The translations under genes were made by a program, and so were the position numbers. A DNA stretch of 63,803 nt, counting the filler, from Hausera hauseri (taxonomy: Eukaryota), in the NCBI GenBank assembly GCA_046269625.1. It is 11 parts of 11 records of this genome, joined end to end, with 100 filler letters (N's around TTAATTAATTAA, not from the genome) between each part and the next. Parts side by side here need not be neighbours in the genome. Positions count along the whole stretch, not along the records: positions 10,573 to 16,317 come from JBJURY010196192.1; positions 16,418 to 21,889 come from JBJURY010246960.1; positions 21,990 to 27,618 come from JBJURY010217855.1; 8 more parts are not named here. One strand, 5' to 3'. The first letter of the stretch is position 1; every line of letters starts with the position of its first letter. The notes beneath the pieces are model-generated. The model had not been told where the DNA came from. It searched no databases and worked only from the letters and a program-made list of their open reading frames with translations. Below, piece after piece: positions 11,771-22,921 of the stretch.

Positions 11771-14343
11771 GTGCAGTTGTAGTGGGGGGAGAAGGTGAAC
11801 GGTAACTTGGTCATTATAAAATGGAGCCACAGCCAAGACTCTGAAAACCACTGCTCTTCACTTTGTTTTATCACTGTGTAGGGGGGTTTAGAACAAAAAA
11901 AATACACCAAGACCTGCAGATCGCCGTGAACTGGGCAAACGACATTTTAACCTCAGAAGATGCCTCACAAATAGACCAGCTTACCAACGTTCCAGTGCAG
12001 CATTTAAAACATTTAGAAACCCAGGACCAAACAACGACGTAATGAGAACAGTCAAATCACGTATGCCACAGTGATATGGTCACGTGTTGAACATTGACTT
12101 AACAACAGCACCACGAAAAAAATTCACAATCCAGGATCCAATTTACGAGTTGTAGGTAACGCGGCATTCTTGATATACTAAAGCCCTGACCTGAGTAATA
12201 AACCAGGGTTCATGGGTTAAACGACCTATCAAACAATTCCATTGATGGTGATAAGATGCAGCACTGCTAACATTGCATCTTTGTCCCAGTGTCACTGTGA
12301 AGTCGGGAAATGCCGGCTTAATCTTCAGTATAAATTTGGTCAGTAGTATTAAGGAAGGAAGACGAACCTGTCAATCCAAAATGGACATGCTGAGATCTTT
12401 GTAGGACTTGACGATCTTGGTATGGGGACACCCTTATCTTTCTTTCTCTTGGGTTATATAAACAAATATCCTTCATTCCCCTCCCCTAAATAAAACAAAA
12501 ACCTACAAAACACTCTGATAATTATAGCATACTGTCTACCGCTTCAAGCAAGGTAGTGCAATTTTATGTTTGCCCCCACAGACGGTGGATTCATTATGGG
12601 ATTACTTGAACATACAGAAGACATAAAGAAACCAAAATTAACAAGGCATGCCATTCATCCCTAAAAAGAACATACATAGATAGAAACCGGAGAATTCACA
12701 CCAAACTTCAAACTCCAGTATAAAATTAGTCTTGTTTTGAGGCTTAAAAACACAGGTAAACATGGGGGCATTGAACGTAAACAAACTGTACACAGGCAGT
12801 AAGATACTCACTAAATAAATACAACAAAACCAAAATAAAGTAACTGAACACCGTGATTAATTATTGTATAACTAATAAGTTTTACTACAAGACTCTCGTG
12901 AAATACATAAATATGTATATAACAAGACCAGTCGCTAAGTAGTATACCAGCTAAAAATAAATTTCACTTCTTGACAGTCAGTATTGTAAATATGACACAA
13001 CAATATATACAATCACGTAAATATCGTCTAAAGTTAAAACTCGTAAACAGAAACAATGCTGTGACGATTTACGGCATTTACAAATGCTGTTACAATGGAC
13101 AAAAAATACTACATCTACAGCTTGTTTCTTGTCTAGCAATATTTCGTTTCTGGGTACAGGGCTACCATGTTTAGACGCGCAAGAAAGAAACAGGAAAATC
13201 ACTCCGAGCTGACAAGAAAACAACGTGTAATAAATACACAGTATATGTGTAAACAAATACATGACATTAACAGAACAAAAGCATGGATACGGTACACAAC
13301 AAGTGGAAACAATGTCTACAGGAAATGAGGAGGGGATGGAGATGTAGGGGAGGAAGAAACATTTCTACTCTGAGTTATGAGCTTGACCGTCCATACCACA
13401 CTCCAGCAGATCTCCTCCTCCGGCATATCTCCTCCTCCTTATGAATGACGACTGCAGCAGTTCTGTGTTGACTTATAATTCGTCTTGCGTGATCAGCGTA
13501 GTGATAATGTAATTAATCGTACATTACGTAAGGTTACGTAATTCTTTACCCTGAGCTCCCACGCCATGGACATCGATGCTGATTCACAATTTTCAAGGTC
13601 CTCAAACCACTTGATCCCCGTGACGTCATGATAATTGTCAATACAGCTTTCGTCCTCGCCAGTTGTTATTGAACAACATAAAAATAATCAATTAATCACA
13701 TATTTAATGAAACACATGCTGGGGAGTATGCTGCAGATAAGAAGAGACTGCTACAAAACTAAATGAGATAACACCAGAAGGAAATTAAAAAATGAACTGA
13801 AAGAGACGCAAGTAAACAAACATGAAAGTTACGAACGTAAAGAAGTGAAATAATCAAAATAAAATTAGTGAACAGGCAATAATGCTAATATTGAGTGGTT
13901 TGCACCTGTCATTACAACCAGCGATGTCATGGTCTTCTAGTGTCTGTTTCTGTCAAGTGGAAATCAAACATTAATAACCTGCAGATGACCAATAAACACA
14001 CGTGAACATCCAGTGGTGTACACTGTTACTGTAAAGCAACAAACAAATAGAGAGGCTCAACCTTGCAGAAGATATTAGAAATATTTCTAATTATAGAAAA
14101 CCACAGAAGATGCATCATGTATATAAAAATGATTATAATTATAAAACAATGAAAATTTCAGTAAATCAAGTAATCTGATCCAGACAAAAAAGTGGTTGGG
14201 AAGAACAAGAAAAACAAATTTAAGTGGGAAAACATAATAGCAACTGAGAAAGAAGGTGAGGACATTTTCAGCAAATCTATACAGAAATAAATTAATATCA
14301 ATAAAATAAACAGTTTACAGTGACTTTTCCATGAAGATTTATG

Positions 14344-14590
14344 TATCCCTTTTCAAAGGACAAGTACAATTTATTTATCCCTTTTCAAAGGACAAGTACA
14401 ATTTATTTATCCATTTTCAAAGGATAAGTACAGTTTATTTATCCATTTTTAAAGGATAAGTACAATTTATTTATCCATTTTCAAAGGATAAATACAGTTT
14501 ATTTATCCATTTTCAAAGGATAAGTACAATTTATTTATCCATTTTCAAAGGATAAGTACAATTTATTTATCCATTTTCAAAGGATAGGTA
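14344..14590. repeat. 32-bp minisatellite, ~7.7 copies
   Basis: Unit TATCCATTTTCAAAGGATAAGTACAATTTATT repeats with period 32. Confidence 0.95.
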
Positions 14591-14799
14591 AAATGCATAC
14601 ATTATTTTACACTGGAAAATTAGCACAATTAATTTCATTCTGCTTATTAACCCACATGAATATTAATAAGGTGCTTAGATACCCTGTGGCTGGAGCTGTT
14701 TCCTCAAAGTGTTAAGCTGACGTGGTAGGACCATTGACGGGCTGTGTTTGCACAGCAGGACCAGTTAATAATGCAAGGAGACCTGGTGCAACCATCTTT

Positions 14800-14955
14800 T
14801 GATTTGGGCCTTTGTGAACAATATAAACGTGGTCTCACAAGCAGGATTTGGGCCTTTGTCAAGCAGGATTTGGTGCGAACAATATAAACCTGGTCTCACG
14901 AGTAGGATTTTGGCCTTTGTGAACAATATAAACATGGTCTCACGAGCAGGATTTA
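14800..14955. repeat. Degenerate ~40-bp tandem repeat
   Basis: GGATTT(G)GGCCTTTGTGAACAATATAAAC.TGGTCTCAC.AGCA recurs about three times. Confidence 0.8.
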
Positions 14956-16074
14956 ACCCAATATCAAAACCAAGTAAACACATCTGCTTCAGGGTTAGCC
15001 AGCAGAACCCTGTCTGCTCCTAAAGGCGATCACCAAGTCCACAAAACTGCCTGAAGATGGGGGCTACTTTGATTCACCTATCTAGAATGTCTCAACCCTT
15101 ACACCACATAACCCCTTCCCCCACCCCTAACCATGTAGCAAACATCCATGCATTTCTTCTGGGCCAGACCAATCCTGACAACAAAATACCAACTACACAA
15201 ATGACATTGTTGTAGTGCTACATCTGCTCAAATTTGAGTTTTTACCTTCATCTGTATGGATATATATGAGAGATAAAATCAAGTATGCATGTATATGTGT
15301 TTGGATGGATGTGTGTGTGTATGTTTATGAGCAGATTTAAGTGTTTTATCTCCCTCTCTATGGGTATATAGCAAACTTTGTGTTATAGGATATGTGTTTA
15401 TAAGTGTGTGTGTGTGTATGTGTACACATATACTGCAAGCAAACATAATATAAAAAAGTAGTTTCTACTAGCTCCACCCACTCAACCACTGGAAACAGAA
15501 TGAAATATCAGTGTGTTTTATCTTTCAACTATGGAAATGTAGTAGAGACTTGACATACAAAATACACAATATGAGAGAAAAGTGTATATGAGATGATATG
15601 TTTTTAGCAGAATAGGAAAGGCAGATCAAAAAAGAATATAAATGCAAAGGAAACTAGGGAACATTAAAAAAAAAGTGCTATATATTCTGTAAATATTATT
15701 TGACAATGCTATTTGATTTCTATATATTCGAATAACAACAAATTATGGGATATCTTGTTTGATTCTAAACATGGGCAAAATATCATTGCTACAATAATAC
15801 TATTCTAGGTCTGCCACAAGATGGCGACACAGAAGAATAATTTTGCAAGTCTAAATTACATTCTTGGATGGCACAAAGTCACTTCCTGGAAGGCGATTAG
15901 CATTCTTGAATAAGATCTTGTGCTTACGTTTTCAATAAAAACATACCTTTAGCACAAAGCAACAGTTAAATATTATATCACAAGCTGTTAAAAATCATGC
16001 CACTGTTCTGGTCATGTGACAAACCAGAGTTAATTTATTGCTTAATAGAGTTTTATGAACACATAAAAAGAGTG

Positions 16075-16317
16075 TCAGACATAATAAATCGGGATCAATA
16101 ATTTGCCAATTTCTTCAGACATTATATTTTGACCCGTGTCGGCTTCCTCGGCCATATTCAGCAACCTGTTACCGTACAATTGGACCGCTTCTTCCCTGTC
16201 TTGCCGAATCTTTCTTAGGGCTGCTACCGCATAATGCGAATCACTTACTTCTGCGTATCTATTAGCAAGCGTTCTTTTAAATTCCTCCCAAGTTTCTTCA
16301 GGATATGCTGTAAATCG
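16075..16317 (-). mobile_element. Ty3/gypsy Gag capsid fragment at the contig end (not in the ORF track)
   Basis: Manual translation ETWEEFKRTLANRYAEVSDSHYAVAALRKIRQDREEAVQLYGNRLLNMAEEA fits the retrotransposon gag pattern TW..FK..L..R...L..I.Q...E.V..Y..RL. Confidence 0.72.
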
Positions 16318-16539
16318 NNNNNNNNNNNNNNNNNNNNNNNNNNNNNNNNNNNNNNNNNNNNTTAATTAATTAANNNNNNNNNNNNNNNNNNNNNNNNNNN
16401 NNNNNNNNNNNNNNNNNCTCCATTTGATGAGCATTTTACCCCACTGTTATCTATGATTGGATTGTTACCCATTTGATTTGTTGTTGGCTGGACAAGAGTG
16501 CAAGTTGCAGAAGGTCAAAAATTTCAGTTCAAAATAGAA

Positions 16540-16900
16540 CAATACAAATAATAATAACGCATATCAAATAATAATACAAATGACGCATATCCTAAAAACC
16601 TTGAATAACACAAATGATAATGACGCACATCCTGAAAACCCGACGATTAAATCGAAATTAGAATAACATAAAACAAATGACGTAAATGGAAATTTGAAAA
16701 TAGAAATAATGAATTTTAACATATGTCTTTGGAAGAAACAAAATATTTTAAAAATAGAAATGACGTATTTTGGTCGAAATTACAATAACATAAAACAAAT
16801 GACGTAAATGGAAATTGGAAAATAAAAATGATGAATTTTAAAAATACGTCTTCGGAAGGAATAAAATATTTTTAAAATAGAAATCACGTATATCGGAAAA
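16540..16900. repeat. AT-rich degenerate tandem repeat, ~123-bp period
   Basis: AATAACATAAAACAAATGACGTAAATGGAAAT at ~16661 and ~16784, with shorter ACAAATGACG echoes upstream. Confidence 0.75.
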
Positions 16901-17484
16901 TCGAGTATTGAATCGGTATATAAGCAGGCAGTAATTTGCAAACACAACACACAAAAAATAACCATCGATAAATTTTGAAGTTATTGCTGATCAATTTGAT
17001 CGAAACAGGTCGTTTAACAATTTAAGATAAGAAACCATACAGAGTTCCAATCGAAGATACCTGCCGAGACGAAAGAAAATACACTTTGAAGATAGTTATT
17101 ATTCGATAAGAAGTATTCCCGAATATTGAAAAATCATCACGATAAATCATCAATTCATTGAATTCGAAACGTATTATGGCCCAACATCCTTTAAATCACG
17201 AAAGTTCAAATTATGAAGTTTCAACGGTTATACTATTCTATATATTTTGATCATTCATAAGATTTTCATTTTTGTTCAAGCCATCATCAAATTTTATACA
17301 TACATGAGTCCTTTGTTTGTTATAATATTAATAAATATTTTATATCTTAAATGAAGCGCATCACAAACTTGACAACAATCTGTCGTGATGTTTAAACTAA
17401 TTATGACAGGGTGATTGTATGACCGAAATTATAGTACAAGAAAGTTTGAAGGATCTTATTTACTCCTACTGGGAAGGGACACGT

Positions 17485-18876
17485 TGTTAGAATATTTTAA
17501 AGATTGAAATGGTTATTTCGTAATGCTGATGAGCACACTTATGATCGGAATCTCTTATCAATTGTACTTTGTGCAGATTAGCAACTGCAAAACGATCGGG
17601 TGTGGACAGTATTCATGGGCGATTTATATTGTGGGGATGAGAATCCAGAGTAACCGTATAACTGGATATGGATAATTTGTCTATATTGAAGGTTATTCCC
17701 AATGTTTTAGAGGGGTCGGAGTACCCATATATATAAAAGTAACTTATGTGTGTCATATATGTATATAAGTAAAGGCTCAAATTTTACTAGAATTAATTAG
17801 TGTAGTAAGGTATCTGTGAGAGAATTGATGGTTTTATAAAATAATTTCCTTTTACCCTTGTATAGACCTATCAACCAAACCGAGCTAGTATGACGTTTTT
17901 ATGATAGTCAAGAAATTCAACGGTTTTAGAGTAGCACGACAATCACATCTGATTGGGGGTATATTGTGTTGATATTGTTAATCTGATGTTAAATTGGTCG
18001 ATAGCATTTTAGGGCATGTAATTGGGGAATAAATGTAACTCAGCGATTGTAATTAAAAAGGGTTTGTCATAATTCATAAATTTTGATTGATGAATAGAAT
18101 GTCATACTAGTTTCGTTATTGAATTTTATTAGTAACTCTTATTTACTATTACAGGGTGAATACATACATCTAAAACAAAACTCATAGATATCCTACTGAC
18201 AAAACAAACTGTGATATGGAAAGGTGTGATCCTTGGAATTTAGCAGGTGAGAAAGTGTCTACAGTTCCGTTTGCATTTATAGGGGTACCTGAGACGTTCG
18301 TGGTAATGGTAAATACTGAGAATATACCGCGCAAGACAATATATGGTAGACTATGTAATACGATATCTTACTGTAGAAATACCCTCTCACAGCGAAAGCT
18401 ACGAGTATTTATAATCCCATATATCCTGAAAGCTTGAATACAGAGACAAACTTACCTTGGTGGAATTGTGAAAGTCCTGTTCGACCATCTGGTTGACTGT
18501 TTGCATAATTACTCCCCGTTTCCTTTAAACAATCGAAGTTAATAATAAATAATCAACAAATGGATTAGAAAAAGGGTACCTGAACGGATAGAAGGGAATG
18601 CTTACAACTTATAAATTAGACGATATAAAGGAATCATTTTGAAATTAAATATGACGAATGACATATGCCGAACGGTTCGTTTTAAACTAAACTGACTCCA
18701 AAGAAGAATTAATTTTTTGAAGCGGATTATCAAAGTTAAATATCTGATGATTAATGATCGGTCTAGAGGAGTATGAAGTTAATAGCATAGATAATATGAA
18801 CTCTCCTTCACAGAGACTTATAATTTATATGTGGGTGCGCAGTCAAGGTCTGAAACATCGACCCCTGTATCCAACA
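17485..18876 (+). mobile_element. Putative LTR (~1.4 kb) of a large gypsy element
   Basis: Begins TGTTAGAATA after the purine tract GGGAAGGGA (17471-17479) and ends TATCCAACA (imperfect terminal inverted repeat) 7 nt before the PBS; TATA-like run near 17730. The 5' boundary is inferred and no second LTR is present to confirm it. Confidence 0.55.
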
Positions 18877-18883
18877 TATAAAC

Positions 18884-18901
18884 TGGTGCCCCGAGTGAGG
18901 A
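18884..18901 (+). promoter_or_regulatory. Primer-binding site complementary to the 3' end of elongator tRNA-Met
   Basis: TGGTGCCCCGAGTGAGGA is the reverse complement of ...CCTCACTCGGGGCA-CCA, the 3' end of animal tRNA-Met(e) as recalled, and follows ...CCAACA. Confidence 0.85.
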
Positions 18902-18973
18902 CACCGTTAGTATGAAAAGAAGAACAATATATGAAATTTAATGAGAAAGGTTGATATTATGATTGATGTTTAG

Positions 18974-19254
18974 ATAGCAGATACGATGGACCCCAATGTG
19001 AGATTTGTTTCAATCTATTGGGAAGACGATATGCGTTGTTGCGTTGCACGCATATCATGTGTGTAAATTGCGCCGATCAATGGCTGATGAAAAGTCAAAC
19101 ATGCCCATTTTGTAGGAGAAGGACCAGCTCTTACCACTGTGCAAAAGTTACAGTCGTAGTCCTCCCAGATTATGAAGAGCAAAGGAACCTACCTGAAGAT
19201 ATGACTCCTCTTTATGTAGTAGGTCCAAATGGACTGGTGATTATGCCTATTTAG
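18974..19254 (+). CDS. RING-finger (C3HC4) protein exon, retroelement cargo 1
   Basis: CEICFNLLGRRYALLRCTHIMCVNCADQWLMKSQTCPFCR. No in-frame ATG before the RING; follows acceptor TGTTTAG at 18973. Confidence 0.85.
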
Positions 19255-19414
19255 ATATTATTAAATTTTCTCTTTCATGTTTTAAGCGAAGTTAGAGGCA
19301 ATTGCTGGAAGGAAACATAGATATTGGGTATTGTAATTAGAGGAAATAAAAGAAATAGTTATTCCATAAACTGAATAATTAATTTGATGTTGAAAATAAT
19401 CGCATTAAATTCAG

Positions 19415-19648
19415 GATGCATCATATGTAAAAAACCTCCCGAAGTCAGTAACGAAGGAAAAAAACTCATGCCCATTATGCTACCTCGTTGAAAGTATGAA
19501 ATGCCGGGAAGACTTGTTCGAGTGTGCATATTGTGGGGAAGAGGCCAATATAAGTGTTATTGTGATGGATCAAAACTGTTTTCTAATATGTTCTGTCTGT
19601 GTTTTATCGTGGGAAGATGTAGAGAAAATTAATAAATTAATTGGATAA
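19415..19648 (+). pseudogene. Decayed CxxC zinc-finger exon, cargo 2
   Basis: CIIC, then after a frameshift FECAYCGEEANISVIVMDQNCFLICSVC; follows acceptor TTCAG at 19414. Confidence 0.5.
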
Positions 19649-19705
19649 TGAAAATTTGTAATAAAATATAGTAATAGTTAATGAAGTTAGTTTTATTGAT
19701 TGCAG

Positions 19706-20121
19706 ACATTTGCCCCATCTGTCTTGAAGCAATGACGAATGAAAGGACAATATTACCATATGGACATACATATTGCCAGCCCTGCATTAATACTTGGTTG
19801 AACGAACAAAGTAACTGTCCTTGTTGTCGACGAGCCTGCACATTTTGCTGGGTGTGCCTTAAATTAGTGGCAGATAATCTGATTGTCCTATCATGTCGCC
19901 ATGTGTTCTGTCGGCTGTGTATTTTGGAGTATTTGGGATCTTGTCAGTGGTGTCCTTACTGCCTTGAATCAGTGGACTTTTACATTGCAGAAGGAATGAT
20001 CACATATTTAAATATTGATAATCGGCCATCTATAGTATTGTTAATTGATGAGGATGATGGCAGTTGGCCGGAACAGTGGAGAAATCCACAACTAAATACA
20101 TTTTTAGATTATGAAAATTAA
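19706..20121 (+). CDS. Tandem double-RING protein exon, cargo 3
   Basis: CPICLE...LPYGHTYCQPC...CPCC, then CWVC...LSCRHVFCRLC...CPYC; follows acceptor TTGCAG at 19705. Confidence 0.85.
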
Positions 20122-20179
20122 TTGTTTGTAAAATTATTTATAAATCTTTAATTTGGCTTATTAAGGACTTCCCCTCGGG

Positions 20180-20476
20180 ATGAATAGAAGGAACATGTTG
20201 GATTACGGATTTTCTGCATTTTCTTACACTACTACAGCAGATAACAGTTATTCTATATATGACTTAAAAGGAACCTTTACTTATTTGGGAAAAGAGTGTG
20301 CCATTTGCTTGAGCGAATGCTCAATGGATCCGATAGAATTAACTATATGCAAACATCAATTCTGTCGACAATGCATTAAAGGGTGGTTTGCAGTCGAGAC
20401 TTTATGTCCAAAATGTTGCACTAACAATACATTATTTAGATATAAAAATGCTTATTATACTGTAAAAAATTTATAA
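20180..20476 (+). CDS. RING-finger protein, cargo 4
   Basis: ECAICLSEC...ICKHQFCRQCIKGWF...CPKC; AATAAA at the stop. Confidence 0.85.
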   Translation: MNRRNMLDYGFSAFSYTTTADNSYSIYDLKGTFTYLGKECAICLSECSMDPIELTICKHQFCRQCIKGWFAVETLCPKCCTNNTLFRYKNAYYTVKNL

Positions 20477-20531
20477 ATAAATGTTTATGTAAATCTAACA
20501 ATGTTATTGAATATATTACATTTTAGCCGAA

Positions 20532-21750
20532 ATGACAAAGGTCAAAGAATACAAATTCCGAACACCGAAACAGTATGAATATGTTAAACCAGCACAATCT
20601 AATATAGCGCAATATATATTACATTATCAGAATAGACAATTCGGACCGGCATCATTCATTAAAAAACTGATAAGCTACTTCAAAGTTATAGTACTGGATA
20701 ACTCCATGAGAGATGCTCAAAACAGAACAATACCGTTCCTGAAATACCCAAATTTGCCTATTCCCGAGGAACTAGCGCAAGAATATGCTAAAACAGGATT
20801 ATTCAGAACTATAACAGGACAAATTAGATGTATTTATTGCCAAGGAGAATTTCAATATGAATAAACGAAAAATCGACCAAATAAAACACATAATAAATCG
20901 CATGCCACTTGCCATTATTTATTAAATCTCGATGTCAGTGATATACCGCTCACAGATACATTTGTCAAAAGACCTGATCTTGACAAGGATACGAACTACA
21001 ATACAACAGTGTCGGTAAAGGTAATTTACTCAACGGATAATACAGCAGAGGAAAATGCATATTGGATTTCAAACACAGTGCAAAAGAGAAAATTAACTTT
21101 CAATGGAAAAAAGAGAGATTGAACATCTAGCCGAAGAAGGATTAATATTGATATCTAAAGAAGAAAAACAGTATGTCAAATGTACTATATGCTTACAAGA
21201 AAAGTATTGGTCTGAAGACCTTGATCAACAATGTCCAAAAATATTACACTCCAACAAGTGCGAATATTCAGTAAACAGAATCTTCGATAAACACACCAAG
21301 AGACAATGCATAATACAATTTAATATCGGAAAACTATATGAATGTTATCAAGATAGTCCAGTAGCTACATCGGTACTATTAAGACATCCTGCTAAGCCAG
21401 AAAATATATTACAGTATATCAAATGTCGGACAGACACTCAGCCAGACTGGTCACCAAATGTGTTCGAATTATGTCAGAATTTAAATTTTATCCCTCCAGA
21501 TAAAGAAAGAGAACCCGAACGAAATATTCTTGACAATCTTTATCTTTGTGACTTGGAATGCGTGATCTGCTATGTGGATGTAGCACAAGTTATTTTCTTA
21601 CCTTATGGTCACCTGAAAACATGTGAGAAATGTTCAAACCAAACAATGAATTGTCCAGTTTGTAGGAGTATTATAGAATGATGAGTGACGTATTTTCAGT
21701 TTTCAGAGGAAAATAGTGAAATAACTTTGGCAGATATGGACCTTGATTAA
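20532..21750 (+). pseudogene. Inhibitor-of-apoptosis-like protein (BIR-BIR-RING) with stops and a frameshift, cargo 5
   Basis: BIR-like 1: RTIPFLKYP...YAKTGLF...IRCIYC...H...C; BIR-like 2: LAEEGL...VKCTIC...W...H..KC; IAP-type C-terminal RING ECVICYVDVAQVIFLPYGHLKTCEKC...CPVCRS. Confidence 0.85.
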
Positions 21751-21851
21751 TAACTAATATAAATTTATTTGAATAAATATTATTTAGTTTGTATGAATTT
21801 GTTGTGATAAAGTTGAATAAATTTATTGTAGAACCATCGGTTATCGACAAT

Positions 21852-21889
21852 ATGACTCTAGCCAACCTTAATGAGTGGACAGTTCAAGT
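21852..21889 (+). CDS. Start of cargo 6 (homolog of 29406-29894), cut by the gap
   Basis: MTLANLNEWTVQ versus MTLADLDRWTTQ at 29406. Confidence 0.75.
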
Positions 21890-21989
21890 NNNNNNNNNNN
21901 NNNNNNNNNNNNNNNNNNNNNNNNNNNNNNNNNTTAATTAATTAANNNNNNNNNNNNNNNNNNNNNNNNNNNNNNNNNNNNNNNNNNNN

Positions 21990-22219
21990 TTTTTAAATGT
22001 AAGGGAATCAATCTCAAACAGACATACTTGCAGTTCAATAACTACTTGCAGGCGTATGAAACCGGTTACAGCAGTATGGTAGACCAAGAACGAATTGGTA
22101 CTAAAAACCACCAGCTCATGATAATCAGCTCAAAAGAGAAAGCACTGGATCCCTTCGACGACAAACGCCTCTGGGTTGATAAAAACCCAAGTGTAGCTTA
22201 CCGACATTACTCTATATAA
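21990..22219 (+). pseudogene. C-terminus of a protein-primed family B DNA polymerase (Polinton-type)
   Basis: KCKGINL...NHQL...KALDPFDDKR...SVAYRHY, homologous to the pPolB C-termini near 22922 and 32445. Confidence 0.8.
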
Positions 22220-22296
22220 TTACTGTTCATTATGTACATATACTTAATAAATATTTCATTCTTTACCGTCTTTGTTTTATTACTAATGAGTGCGTG

Positions 22297-22578
22297 GGAA
22301 TAGTGAAACCCATTCTAAGCCAGAAAATGATTTGTCCACAACGAAAATTTAAACAAATCTTTTACGCGCCAAATTTAAATTTTTCACATACCTAAAAACC
22401 ATACAGTTTGCCCGCTTGTGTGTATCCACTTTCTCACTGTGTGCCTCCCATCTCCGCCCTATTAACCATGCATGTGTGTATCATTTTTGTACCCCATGAC
22501 TCATCCGCGAACCAAATTTTTTCTCTTCCCTGGAGGAGGGGGAGTATTGGCGTGATTTGCTCACTTCTACCTACTTCT
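22297..22578 (-). repeat. Polinton-type terminal sequence (putative TIR) just downstream of a pPolB stop
   Basis: Aligns over ~270 bp with 42957-43223; reads inward from AGAAGTAGGTAGAAGTGAGCAAAT. Confidence 0.7.
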
Positions 22579-22921
22579 ATGTCAAAGGTCATTCTGATGG
22601 GAGAAAGAAGATATTTAATGGCGCATTTCCAGAATTTCGAATATGTCAATATGAATGTAACAAATTGGTAGTTATACCAAGGAATATTACATGTATTTAT
22701 CGCGAACATGGTTCACATTGTGCTTATTAAAGTGTTTAGCGTTATGCCAAATTTATATTGTTACTAAATAAATGTGTTATGAAATTAGTTGGTCTTAATC
22801 CATATAGTAGTTACTTAGTTTTACTTGACCTTATCCTATATTCCACATACTTGATCAAGAAGGCAACACGATATTTCTATACAAGATTTATGAAACAAAG
22901 AATAACAAAGAATAACAATAT

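Noticed and set aside
13370-14790. Possible minus-strand host exons in contig 2
   Set aside because: Splice-like sites exist, but I could not build a consistent, recognisable protein.
18906-18911. GTTAGT after the PBS as the common coding donor
   Set aside because: The upstream ATG frame (18796) ends in phase 2 here, and the phase-1 frame has a TGA within the PBS.
18974-21889. Spliced-leader trans-splicing supplying the start codon for the cargo genes
   Set aside because: Flatworm spliced leaders end in AUG, which would need phase-0 acceptors; these are phase 1.
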